Positions 22,715-35,527 of a stretch of DNA of 64,000 bases are shown one piece after another. Location of the stretch: assembly GCA_030390025.1 (NCBI GenBank), contig CM059433.1, positions 5,890,001 to 5,954,000 of the forward strand, given 5' to 3'. How positions within the stretch are numbered: the first letter of the stretch is position 1; each line of letters opens with the position of its first letter. This DNA is from Squalus acanthias. Lineage: Eukaryota. The notes beneath the pieces were generated by a model. That model saw nothing but the letters and a program-made list of their open reading frames with translations, was not told where the DNA came from and ran no database searches. The position numbers were made by a program, and so were the translations under genes.

Positions 22715-22978
22715 GTGATCTACTGAGATCATTGAAAGGTTTGCGCCACTGCAGCCTGGTCCTCCTGATGATGCTCCTGCTTGTGTCCTCCTATGCAATG
22801 TGCAACCAGGCTGCATTGGTCTCCTGGGGAGGTCTCTTCCGCCCACTGGAAGGGAAGAGGACCTCCTTGAGTGCTGTGACTCCCTCCATAAGCATATGGA
22901 GGGAGTCATGGAAGAGCCTGGGTGCAGCCGTGCACCTCTGTGCAGTGCTTGTCAGTGTTTGCAGCACTTCAATGCTGT
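22715..22978 (-). pseudogene. Myb/SANT-like DNA-binding domain remnant of a PIF/Harbinger transposon
   Basis: APRLFHDSLHMLMEGVTALKEVLFPSSGRKRPPQETNAAWLHIA*EDTSRSIIRRTRLQWRKPFNDLSR fits the Harbinger ORF2 pattern (AW..IA...RT..QC.K.FNDL) and has an internal stop. Confidence 0.65.
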
Positions 22979-23514
22979 AGAACACTGAAAGCACAAATGT
23001 CAAAGTAAATGTTATAAAACACATTTTGTTGTGCACTTGAGTAGTAACAAATTCAGTCTTCTGGTTATAATCATTTTATTCTTTAACTTCAGTATTAAAA
23101 GCAATTTACAACCTGAGTATTGTCACAGATAAGTGTGCGAACCTAGGCATGGGTCCTGTCTCGTACTGCTTAAACAAATGAAAAAGCTTATATTTATACA
23201 CTGTTTTCTTATCAAACTGGAACTGGCATTGCCTAATATGGTAGTCTCTGGCTACAGCATAGTCCAGAGATACAAGGCTACATTTTCTTCTGCTGTGGTA
23301 AGCCTAACCCTTCTAGTTTCTAGACATTCTTACCATAAATAAACATATCCAAGGCTGGTTGGTTGCGAACACCAGCAGTTGCTAAGTGAAATCTGTATCT
23401 CTCTCTCTCACTCTATCTCTCTCTCTAATGATGCCATCCACCTTTTTTTCCTATATTCAATGAACTAAACATGAACACCTTTCAGAAGCTGAATTAACCG
23501 AGTTCCATATGCCA

Positions 23515-26345
23515 ACACTTTGCATCTCACTCATGCTGTACCTGCCTTGGGAGTGTTTGATGGGATAGTGTAGAGGGCGCTTTCCTCTGTATCTAACCGT
23601 GTTGCAGCTGGCCTGGGAGTGTTTGATAGGACAGTGTAGAGAGAGCTTTACTCTGTATCTACTCATGCTGTACCTGCCCTAGGAATGTTTGATGGGATAG
23701 TGTAAAGAAAGACTTGCATTTACATAGCGCCTTTCACGACCACCGGACATCTCAAAGCTCTTTACAGCCAATGCAGTACTTTTGAAGTGGAGTCACTGTT
23801 GTAATGTGGGAAACGCGGCACAGCAAGCTCCCACAAACAGCAATGTAAAAATGACCAGATAATCTGTTTTTGTTACGTTGATTGAGGGAGAAATATTGGC
23901 CACGACACCGGGGATAACTCCCCTACTCTTTTTCAAAACAGTGCCATGGGATCTTTTACGTCCACCGGAGAGCAGACAGGGCCTCAGTTTAACGTCTCAC
24001 CTGAAAGACTGCACCTCCGACAGTGCAGCACTCCCTCAGTACTGCACTGGAGTGTCAACCTAGCTTTATGTGCGCAAGTTCCTGGAGAGGGACTTGAACC
24101 CACAACCTTCTAACTCAGAGGCGAGTGTGCTACCAACTGAGCCACAGCTGACACTGTAGGGGAGCTTTACTCTGTATCTAACCCGTGCTGTAGCTGGCCT
24201 TGGAGTGTTTGAAGGGACAGTGTAGAGGGAGCTTTACTCTGTATCTAACCCATGCTGTACCAGGCCTGGGAGTGTTTGATGGGCTAGTACAGAGGGTGCT
24301 TTACCCCATTATTACCCATGATGCACCCTCCAATTAATGCTCCGATGGTCCCTCTCTTTGATACCCTGAAGATCCCTCCACTTATTGCTTCTGACACTAT
24401 TCCTGTTACAGGGAATAGACTTGTTTCGGAGCACAAAGGAGGTTGTGATATCCTTGCCTCATCCCAAACACCATTTCCACAAACTGCCTCTCTGTTTGTT
24501 TCCTGGCTCCTTTGTGATGTCACCTGGAGACAGGTTTACGCCCCTGGTTACACAGCATCAGTGGGAGTCACTGTGGGAGGAGCTGGACTTGGGAGCTGAC
24601 ACAGTGAGTGAGTTTAGTCCCTATAAATTTAATATTAAGGTAAGTAATTCAACCAAATGTCATACAATCATAGTATGGTTACAGTACAGAAGGAGGCCAT
24701 TCAGCCCATCGAGCCTGTCCCACTCCCTCGCCCTTTCCCCTAGCCTGCAAATTTTTTCCTTCAGATACTTATCCAATTCCCTTTTGAAAGACATTAATTA
24801 CAAATATATTCACATTAAATATAATCATAGTAACAAAAATAGTCCAATTGTATTCCACTTAAATTCTAGAATTAATATTCATTTTTAGATTCGAAGATTC
24901 TTGGCATGAACAGTATCTCTGGAAGGTGGAGAGAGAGGAGTCGAATCATCGTCACACTTACTGGGACTGGAAAAGGTCGCTGGATTCACAGAGAAGATCT
25001 GGTGTGAACAAGAACCCCAGAGGTGAGAGTCTAACCAGCTGCTGGGAGCTGTCTGACAGCTGCCATAAGGCTCAGCCTTTGATGCGACAAGTTGACCTGA
25101 ATTTAACTCGAATGTAAAGCTAGCCAATACCTCACCTGGGAGTGCTTGACACTTACATGTAGAGGAAGTTTTATTCTGTGTTCTTACAATGCAGTACCTG
25201 AGCTGGTGTGCTTCATTGGATAGTTTCAGAGGAGCTGCACGTAGCAGTTAACACATGCTGGATCTGAGTTGGCTGTGTTTGGTGAACCAATTTAGAGAGA
25301 GCTTCACTCTGTATCTAACCCGTGCTCAGCCTGCCCTGGGAGTGTTTCATGGGAAAGTGTAGATGGAGCATTACTCACTATACAACCACATGCTGTACCT
25401 GCTCTGGGAGTGTTTGATGGGATAGTGTAGATGGAGCTTTCCTCTGTATCTAACTCATGCTGCACTTGCCCCTGGGAGTGTTTGATGGGATAGTGTAGAT
25501 CAAGCTTTACTCTGTATCTAACTCATGCTGCACCTGCCCCTGGGAAATAATAGAACAATTTAATATTAAGGTAAGTAATTCAACCAAATGTCATTAATTA
25601 CAAACATATTCAAAGTAAATATAATCATAGTCACAAAAATAGACCGAATGTATTCCAATTACAGATTCTAGAATTAATATTAATTTTTATATTAAATGTT
25701 TCATGTAGTGAAGAGTATCTCAGGAGGGTGGGAGAGAGTGGAGCTGAACCGTCATCACACTAACTGGGACTGGAGAAATGTCGCTGGATTCACAGAGCAG
25801 ATCTGGTGGGACCAAGACCCTCAATGTCAAAGACGGGATGAAACAAGAAGCCCCAAGAATGATTGTAAAGGTGAGGAACTTTACTGAGGATCCCATCAGT
25901 CCAGGATTTTGCCAAGGTGAGAGTCTAACCATCTACTGGGTGCTTCTTCGACAAATGCCATAAGGGACTGCCTTTGATGCGACTAGTACAACAGAGCTCA
26001 ACTTGTATGTAAAGCTAGCCCATACCTGGGACTGCTTGACACTTACATGTAGTGGGATTTTTATTCTAAGTTCATCCCATGCTGTACCTGAGCTGTTGTG
26101 CTTCATTGGGTAGTGTCAGAGGAGCTGTACGCTGAATTTAAAACATGCTGGATCTGAGTTGGCTGTGTGTGATCAACCAATTTGGAGAGAGCTTTACACT
26201 TCATCTAAGTTGTACTGTACCTGGCCTGGGAGTGTTAGATGGTAATGTAAAGTGGGAGGCTTTACTCTGTATCTAAGCAGCGCTATACCAGGCCTGGGAG
26301 TGTTTAATGGGACACTGTAGAAGGAACTTTACTCTATATCTAACT
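23515..26345 (+). repeat. Interrupted ~60-bp satellite with a ~0.9-kb diverged local duplication
   Basis: Repeats of ctgtacctgccctgggagtgtttgatgggacagtgtagagggagctttactctgtatctaac. Segments ~24628-25550 and ~25558-26340 are diverged copies of each other. Confidence 0.85.
23706..24154 (-). mobile_element. Full-length DeuSINE (SacSINE1/AmnSINE-like)
   Basis: tRNA head (tggctcagttggtagcac...gggttcaagtccc), Deu-like core (cagtgcagtactgagggagtgctgcactgtcggagg), and tail ...gctatgtaaatgcaagtctttc. Confidence 0.75.
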
Positions 26346-28084
26346 GAGACTGACTGATTGACTTTCTTTCATATACCCAGCATGGGCTTGAACTCAGATA
26401 CTTTCCGCATACTCACAGAGATCAGCGCGAGAGCACAAAACATCCCAAACACAGGAGCTGACCCTGAGATAGTGCGACACGAACTCTGCAGCTACATTAG
26501 CAACCTTTAGAGATGAACCCCTGTCCGCGCCCATCCTACTTTATCATTTTCTTGTGGTTACAGTTGGAATATTGCAGGTGTGTGACGTCAAGCCTAAGGA
26601 ATTTCCCACCTTTGACCTCTTCAATTATTTTATTTCAGCTCAGCTTTGAAGACCAGGACTGTCCTTCAGATGTCACGCATTTCCTGACAGCGCAGTTCCA
26701 GCACTGGACATGTGACAAGAGAGTGACACCAAAGAGGTAGGACATGTGCAGCCACACTCATCAACATCCATCTTGCCCACACCTGTTGCTGTGCTGTGAC
26801 AGATCGAGAAATGCTGGAGTTCCCCTGTGGAGGGAGGCAACGGCTGCTCTGCTGCAAAAGACAGTCAGTCACTCGACACAAGAGATGGTGAAGGAAAGAA
26901 TCAGAAAATGTAAAGCTTTGAGGAACTGGATTCTGAACAAAATGAGGTTCCTCAGATCATGGCGTATTCACCCCAGATACATGTGTCAGAAATGTTTGTT
27001 GTCCACAATTAATCCTGAGTGCCTGCCGCTCAAGAGGAGTAACAGTCAATTCCAGATTAACACATATTGAGGCCTGTTACAAAGGTATTGGAAACCAAAC
27101 AGGACAAAGACAAATAGCACTGAAGTATTGATCAATGGGAAGATCTGAATTATAGACAGATTAAATTTGATCCTGCAGGAAGGAAGGAAAAAAAAGAAGG
27201 AAGGAAGGTTCTAATCTGTAATAACCGGGACATTGAAGCACTAATGTGCTGTGCCATGGACTGAATAGGATCAACATTTCCCACTTTCAGACACTTTCCC
27301 ACTGCTGATTATGGAGTGGGTTGGCTCCATAAGCTGGGCTTACAGTGAATCTCACCATTTGTTTCTAACGTCCAATGTGTTTAAATTCAGTTTATTGTTG
27401 TTTCCTCTCCAGAGTCTGATGGTACAGAGCTGACCAATGTACAGACACTGGCCAATGCTGAATCAGAGGGGAAATTTATAGAGATTATTTTCTCCTCTTT
27501 TACCTCACCCATAACTCTTGGGAGACACAAGTGGTAACTTCTGGCTCCCTTAGTCACCATTCCTGTTAATGTTGGGCCAGATTGGGGACACAAGGTCCTG
27601 TCCCTCTGAAGTACTTAGATGACATCTCCATAGCCATGGAAAGCTTCATCTGACTGATGTAGAATCCAGTCTCTGGCACTTCATGAGTGGGAGGAGGATC
27701 CGCTCTAATGGCACCAACACTGTCCTTGGGTCTTTTTCTCCCATCAGCAGCAGAACATCCCTTTACCATCTCCTGCATCAAAAACTCGGGTTGACCTTAC
27801 TGGTCTTCCTTTGATTCCTTTCCTTAGTTGGCAGACTTTCCTGCAGTCTATTTTTTGTAATTGTGAACCCAGGTGTAGAGCCCAGACCCAGTAGCAGCAG
27901 AGCATGATTGAGGCCAAAGGCAAATTTGTTGGAACAAATCTCTGGGACTTAGGAATAGAATGACTGTGGAGGCTAAAAAGTAAATAGAAAAAGAGGACAC
28001 GAGAACAGGAAAAGGTTAAAGCAAAATTAAGTTACAATTAAGAAAAACAAGAAACACAATATATAAAACACAAGTTTTTAATTT

Positions 28085-30114
28085 TAATTTATTCATTGTC
28101 GGGATGTGGGCATCACTCGCAAGGCCAGCATTTATTGCCCATCCCTAGTTGCCCTTGAGAAGGTGGTGGTGAGCCGCCTTCTTGAACCGCTGCAGTTCAT
28201 GTTGTGAAGGGACTCCCATAGTGCTGTTAGGTAGGGAGTTCCAGAATTCTGTGAGACTTGGAGGGGAACTTGGTGGTAGTGGTGTTCCCATGGGCCTGCT
28301 GCCTTTGTCTTTTGAGGTGGTAGAGGTCGCAGATTTGGGAGGTGCTGTCGTGGAAGCCTTGGCGAGTTGCTGCAGTGCATCTTGTAGATTGAACACACTG
28401 CAACCATGGTGTGCCATGGTGGAGGCAGTAAATGTTTAAGGTGGTGGATGGGATGCCAATCAAGCAGGCTGCTTTGTCCTGGATGGTGTTGAGGTTTTTG
28501 AGTGTTGTTGGAGCTGCACTCATCCAGGGATATGGAGAATATTCCATCACACTCCTGACTTGTGCTTTGTAGATGGTGGGAAGGTTTGGGGAGTCAGGAG
28601 GTGAGTCACTCGCCGCTAAGTACCCAGCGTCCGTCTAGTTCTTGCAGCCACAGCATTTATGTGGCCAGTCTAGTTAAGTTTCTGGTCAATGGTGAACCCC
28701 AGGATTTTGATGGTGGGGGATTCAACGATGGTTATGCCATTGAACGTCATGGGGAGGTGGTTAGTCTCTCTCTTCTTGGAGATGGTCCAACCTGAATGTT
28801 GTCCGGGTTTGCTGTATGTGGACACAGACTGCCTCATTATCTGATGCATTGCGAATGTAACTTGACAATGTGCAATCAGCAGCGAACATCCTCACTTCTG
28901 AAGGTCATTAATAAAGCAGTTGAAGATGTTGGGCCTAGGACACTGTCCTGAGTAACTGCTGCAGCGATGACCTGGGGCTGAGATGATTGGCCTCCAATAA
29001 CCACAACCATCTTCCTTGTGCTACATATGACACCATCCAGTGGAGAGTTTTCCCCCGATCCCCATTGACTTCAGTTTTGCTAGGGCTCCTTGGTGCCACA
29101 CTCGGTCAAATGCTGCCTTGATGTCGAGGACAGTCACTCTCACCTCATCTCTGGAATTCAGCTCTTTTGTCCATGTTTGGACCAAGGCTGTAATGAGGTC
29201 AGGAGCCAAGTGTCATATGAGGAGAGATTGGGTCGACTAGGCCTGTATTCACTAGAGTTTAGAAGAATGAGAGGGGATCTCATTGAAACGTATAAAATTC
29301 TGACAGGGCTAGACAGACTGAATGCAGGGAGGATGTTTCCCCTGGCTGGGGGGTCTAGAACGAGGGGTCACAGTCTCAGGATACGGGGTAGTACATTTAG
29401 GACTGAGATGAAGAGAAATTTCTTCACTCAGAGGGTGGTGAACCTGTGGAATTCTCTACCACAGAAGGCTGTGGAGGCCAAGTCACTGAATATATTTAAG
29501 AAGGTGATAGATAGATTTCTAGACACAAAAGGCATCGGGTATGGGGAGAGAGCGGGAATATGGTATTGAGATAGAGGATCAGCCATGATCATATTGAATG
29601 GCGGAGCAGGCTCGAAGGGCAGAATGGCCTACTCCTGCTGCTATTTTTCTTTGTTTCTTTCTATGTTTCAAGTGCTCCTGGCGGAAACCAAACTGGGCAT
29701 CGGTGAGCAGGTTATTTGAGCGTAAGTGCCGTTGATAGCATTGTCAATGACAGCTTCCATCACTTTGCTAATGATGGAGAGATGGCTGATGGGGTGGTAA
29801 CTGGCTGTTGGATTAGTCCAGCTTTTTCCGGACTGGACATACCTGGCCAATTTACCACTTTGTCAGGTAGATTCCAGTACTGGATCAGCTTGGCTAGAGG
29901 TGCAGCTAGTTCTGGAGCACAGGTCTTCAGCTCTGCAGCCGGGATGTTGCCGGGGCCCATAGCCTTTGCTGCATCCAGTGCGCTCTACCGTTCTTGATAT
30001 CACATGGAATGAAGCAAATTGGCTGAAGACTGGCTTCTGTGATGGCGGTGACCTCAGGAGCAGGCCGAGATGTATCGTCCACTTGGCACTTGTGGCTGAA
30101 GATGGTTGTGAAGG
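28085..30114 (-). mobile_element. LINE family B 3' portion, degenerate
   Basis: Homologous to ~11670-13310 (MEYSP.WMSAAPTT, LDIKAAFDRVWHQG, ELKTCAPELA). Confidence 0.85.
29213..29668 (+). mobile_element. 5'-truncated CR1 inserted into LINE B
   Basis: SYEERLGRLGLYSLEFRRMRGDLIE... plus tail; flanked by TSD CAAGTG. Confidence 0.85.
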
Positions 30115-33100
30115 AATCAGACTAGGGTCCTGAATTTAAATAAAGGAAACTACGATGGTATGAGGCGCGAATTGGCTAGGATGGATTGGGGAACGTTACT
30201 TAAAGGGTTGACGGTGGATAGGCAATGGCAAACATTTAAAGATCGCATGGATAAACTACAGAATTTGTTCATCCCTGTTTGGCATAAAAATAAAACAAAA
30301 AAGGTGACTCAACCGTGGCTAATAAGGGAAATTAGGGATAGCAGAAGATCCAAGGAGAGGACATATAAATTGGCCAGAAAAAGCAGCAAACCTGACGATT
30401 GGAAGCAGTTTAGGATTCAGCAAAGGAGGACAAACGGATTAATTAAGAGGGGGAAAATAGAGTATGAGAGTAAGCTTGCAGGGAACATAAAAACTGACTG
30501 TAAAAGCTTCTATAGATATGTGAAGAGAAAAAGATTGGTGAAGTCAAGCGTAGGTCCCTTGCAGTCAGAATCAGGGGAATTTAAAATGGGTAACAAAGAA
30601 ATGGCAGGCCAATTAAATAGATACTTTGGTTCTGTCTTCACAAAGGATGACACAAATAACCTCCCAGAGATGTCGGGGAACATAGGGTCTAATGAGAGGG
30701 AGGAACTGAATGAAATCAGTATTTGTAGGGATATGGTGTTAGGGAAATTGATGGGATTGAAGGCCGATAAATCCCCAGGGCCTAATAATCTACATCCTAG
30801 GGTACTTAAGGAAGTGGCCCTAGAAATAGTAAATGCATTGCTGGTCATCTTCCAAAATTCGATAGACTCTGGAACAGTTCCCATGGATTGGAGGGTAGCT
30901 AATGTAACCCCACTATTTAAAAAAGGTGGGAGAGAGAAAACGGGGAATTATAGACCGGTAAGCCTGACATCAGTAGTGGGGAAAATGCTAGAGTCCATTC
31001 TAAAAGATGTAATAGCAGAGCACTTGGAAAACAGTGACAGGATCGGACAAAGTCAACATGGATTTACAAAAGGTAAATCATGCTTGACTAATCTACTGGA
31101 TTTTTTGAGGATGTAACTGATAGAATAGATAAGGGAGAACCAGTGGATGTGGTGTATTTGGACTTTCAGAAGGCTTTCGGTAAGGTCCCGCATAAGAGAT
31201 TGGCGTGCAAAGTTAAAGCACATGGGATTGTGGGGGTAAGGTACTGACTTGAATAGAGAACTGGTTGGCAGACAGGAAGCAAAGAGTTGGAATAAACCGG
31301 TCTTTTTCCGAGTGGCAGGCAGTGACTAGTGGGGTACCACAGGGATCGGTGCTAGGACCCCAGTTATTCACAATATATATTAATGATCTAGACGAGGGTG
31401 TAGGGGGTGGTGTGGTAGGGGTCAGCCTCACCTCTGACTCAGCGAGCGGTTCGAATCACTCCCACCCCCCTGGTTCTGGACCTTGGACTTATTTGGGGGT
31501 TGTGAACAAAGATACAGTAGACAACAGGTTCCGATGAAAGAATTTTGACTTTTATTAAAAGAAAAGGTAACAAACTTAAAACAGACAAAACACTTATACA
31601 GGTTGGGGAGCACACGGTACAGGCCAGGGAGAATGACAATATACAAAAACACTTATCCCTCCCAAAAATCCCACTATCTAGCCAGGTCTTGGTTTCAGGA
31701 GATCAGGGATAATGCTCACCAAACAGGGGTTCTGACAGTGCGAAATCCAGCCAGGTAAGTTGATTGCGATTTTGAGGTATTCTCTTTTTGTCCTTTGGGG
31801 CCTGCCGTCCCCACGTGGTACCAGTCTGTGAAATCTGCGATGGTGGTCTGGTCATCGAGTTTTGTTGCGTTGGAGGCTTGTCGGGGCAGTACCTTCTGGG
31901 GCTGGACCGTGGGTTGAGCGATGCTGACTCGCTCCCAGCCTCCAGTGACCTTGGCTAGTGGCTGCTAGTGCTAGACCGTGTGTTGAGCGATGCCGACTCG
32001 CTCCCAGTGGCCTCAGCTCTAGCCCTTGCCTGGCCTAGTCTATCCTTGCCTCCGATCTCGCCCCGGGTCTGCCCCGGGGCCTTGCTGCTTCTCTCCACCT
32101 CTTGCTCGTGTCGTGTGGCTGGTAGTGTCTTGCTGGAACTTGCGGCAACTGGAACAGAGCTGAGAGAGACTTTCTTGGGGGATTAGACCCTCAATTATAC
32201 TGTTCAGACCCTTTGTCTTTTTCGCGCCAAAACCCCTTTCCTAAATCGGTTTCGTGTTGAAGTGATTTAGGTTTCAGTTGAGGCCTATCCATTCCATTGT
32301 CTTAGTTTTGCGGGCTTGTTAAGTTTTGATGGTTTTAACTTGGTGTTAAATTGTCCTGATGGCTTCCGATGTCTCCCATTTAGGCAGGGCCTTTATCTAC
32401 GTGCCAAATCTTGTCCCTATAGATACCTGGCTGATTGGTTTTTGATGAAGTAATGGCTGTACTAGATGTTTTATTGTTTACAGGCTTCTGGCATCCTGTT
32501 TGTGCCTGGGGATATTCAAAAGGTGTCTTGAATTATTCAATTTTGGATGTGTTGTGAGGTTTTGGGTGAGGTTCTTCCTCCTGCCTGGATTGCAGTGCAA
32601 ACAAATTCCAGACAGCTTGACTCCAAAAGTTGTCCACTGCCTCGCCACAGCCCTTCGCAAAGGTGTTTTTTTCTCCATAGTCATTTTTGAAAGTCATTTT
32701 TCCTCAGGTTTTTTCTTCCCTGATCTTTAAAATGTCCAAAACTGAGGTTTTTACCTCAATTCACTTCACTTATGTCCCATCATCCCAAATTCGTAGGAAA
32801 AATCCAAAAATCACCCCTTTTCGGGTTCTGTACGAGTTTCTGGGGAATTTTACGACGCTTACAGGGAACTAGATGTAATATCTCCAAGTCTGCAGACGAC
32901 ACAAAGTTGGGTGGGCGTGTGTGTTGTGAGGAGGATGCAGAGAAACTCCAGTATGATTTGGACATGTTGGGTGATTGGGCAGGTGCATGGCAGATGCAGT
33001 ATAATGTGGATAAATGCGAGGTTATCCACTTTGGTGGCAAAAACAGGAAGGCAGATTATTATCTGAATGGCAATAGATTGGGAAAAGGGGAAGTGCAACG

Positions 33101-33828
33101 AGACCTGGGGGTCCTTGTGCACCAGTCGTTGAAGGTAAGCATGCAGGTGCAGCAGGCGGTTAAGAAGGCAAATGGTATGTTGGCCTTCATAGCAAGAGGA
33201 TTCGAGTACAAGAGCAAGGATGTCTTGCTGCAGTTGTACAGGGCCTTGGTGAGACCACACCTTGAGTATTGTGTGCAGTTTTGGTCGCCTTATCTGAGGA
33301 AGGATGCTCTTGCCATGGAGGGAGTGCAGCGAAGATTCACCAGACTGATACCTGGGATGGCAGGAATGATGTATGAAGAGAGATTGGGTCGATTAGGCTT
33401 ATATTTGCTAGAGTTTAGAAGAATGAGAGGGGATCTCATTGAAACTTATAAAATTCTAACAGGACTAGACAGACTAGATGCAGGAAGGCTGTTCCCGATG
33501 GCGGGGGAGTCCAGAACCAAGGGTCACAGTCTAAGGATAAGGGGTAAGCCATTTAGGACTGAGAGGAGGAGGAATTTCTTCACCCAGAGAGTGGTGAACC
33601 TGTGGAATTCTCTACCACAGAAGGCAGTTGAGGCCAATTCATTAAATATATTCAAGAATGAGTTAGATATATTTCTTAAAGCTAAAGGTATCAAGGGATA
33701 TGGGGAGAAGGCAGGTACAGGGTACTGAGTTTGGATGATCAGCCATGATCTCATTGAATGGCGGAGCAGGCTCGAGGGGCCGAATGGCCTACTCCTGCTC
33801 CAATCTTCTATGTTTCGATGTTTCTATG
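30115..33828 (+). mobile_element. Long CR1 ORF2 fragment (HER1-like), split by a solo-LTR-like insertion
   Basis: 318-aa ORF (KSPGP, NYRPVSLTSVVGK), then [10 protein letters not shown], and after the insertion ADDTKL through the 3' UTR. Confidence 0.92.
31399..32863 (-). mobile_element. Solo-LTR-like insertion (1465 bp)
   Basis: Termini TGTA...TACA. It splits CR1 gacgaggg|aact with duplication of GGG. On the minus strand, TATAAT at ~32194-32199 precedes AATAAA at ~31551-31556. No coding homology seen. Confidence 0.75.
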
Positions 33829-35527
33829 TCTTCACAAAGGAGGACACAAATAACCTCCCGGAGATGTCGGGGAACATAGGGTCTAATGAGAGGGAGGAAC
33901 TGAATGAAATCAGTATTTGTAGGGAAAGGGTATAAGGGAAATTGACGGAATTGAAAGCCGATAAATCCCCAGGGCCTAATAATCTACATCCTAGGGTACT
34001 TAAGGAAGTGGCCCTAGAAATAGTAAATGCATTGCTGGTCATCTTCCAAACTTCTATAGACTCTGGAACAGTTCCCATGGATTGGAGGGTAGCTAATGTA
34101 ACCCCATTATTTAAAAGAGGTGGTAGAAAGAAAATGGGGAATTATAGACCGGTAAGCCTGACATCGGTAGTGGGGAAAATGCTAGAGTCCATTATAAAAG
34201 ATGTAATAGCAGAGCACTTGGAAAACAGTGCAGGATCGGACAAAGTCAACATGGATTTACAAAAGGTAAATCATGCTTGACTAATCTACAGGGTGTAACT
34301 GGTTGAACAGATAAGGGAGAACCAGTACACGTGGTGTATTTGGACTTTCAGAAGGCTTTCGATAAGGTCCCGCATAAGAGATTAGCGTGCAAAGTTAAAG
34401 CACATGGGATTGGTGGGGGTAAGGTACTGACTTGGATAGAAAACTGGTTGGCAGACAGGAAGCAAAGAGTTGGAATAAACGGGTCTTTTTCCGAGTGGCA
34501 GGCAGTGACTAGTGGGGTACCGCAGGGATCGGTGCTAGGACCCCAGCTATTCACAATATATATTAATGATCTAGACAAGGGAACTAGATGTAATATCTCC
34601 AAGTTTGCAGACAACACAAAGCTGGGTGGGCGTATGTGCTGTGAGGAGGTTGCAGAGAAACTGCAGTATGATTTGGACAGGTTGGGTGATTGGGCAGATG
34701 CATGGCAGATGCATGGATAAATGCGAGGATATCCACTTTGGTGGCAAAAACAGGAAGGCACATTATCTGAACGGCAATAGATTGGGAATAGGGGAAGTGT
34801 AACGAGACCTGCGTGTCCTTGTGCACCAGTCGCTGAAGGTAAGCATGCAGGAGCAGCAGGCGGTGAAGAAGGCAAATGGTATGTTGGCCTTCATAGCGAG
34901 AGGATTCGAGTACAGGAGCAAGGATGTCTTGCTGCAGTTGTACAGGGCCTTGGTGAGACCTTGAGTATTGTGTGCAGTATTGGTCACCTTATCTGAGGAA
35001 GGATGCTCTTGCCATGGAGGGAGTGCAGCGAAGATTCACCAGACTGATACCTGGGATGGCAGGAATGACGTATGAAGAGAGATTGGGTCGATTAGGCTTA
35101 TATTCGCTAGAGTTTAGAAGAATGAGAGGGGATCTCATTGAAACTTATAAAATTCTAACAGGACTAGACAGACTAGATGCAGGAAGGCTGTTCCCGATTG
35201 CGGGGGAGTCCAGAACCAAGGGTCACAGTCTAAGGATAAGGGGTAAGCCATTTAGGACTGAGAGGAGGAGGAATTTCTTCACCCAGAGAGTGGTGAACCT
35301 GTGGAATTCTCTACCACAGAAGGCAGTTGAGGCCAATTCATTAAATATATTCAAGAAGGAGTTAGATATATTTCTTAAAGCTAAAGGTATCAAGGGATAT
35401 GGGGAGAAGGCAGGTACAGGGTACTGAGTTTGGATGATCAGCCAAGATCTCATTGAATGGCGGAGCAGGATCGAGGGGCCGAATGGCCTACTCCTGCTCC
35501 TATCTTCTATGTTTCTATGTTTCTATG
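33829..35527 (+). repeat. 1.7-kb tandem duplicate of a CR1 3' half
   Basis: ORFs recur with 1699-nt spacing (33942/35641, 34348/36047). Confidence 0.9.

Noticed and set aside
23515..26345. CRISPR-like array
   Set aside because: Eukaryotic context; the repeats are contiguous degenerate 60-mers without regular unique spacers.
27387..27845. Possible terminal exon of an upstream gene on the minus strand
   Set aside because: Needs a frameshift, has a weak acceptor and resembles no protein I recognise.
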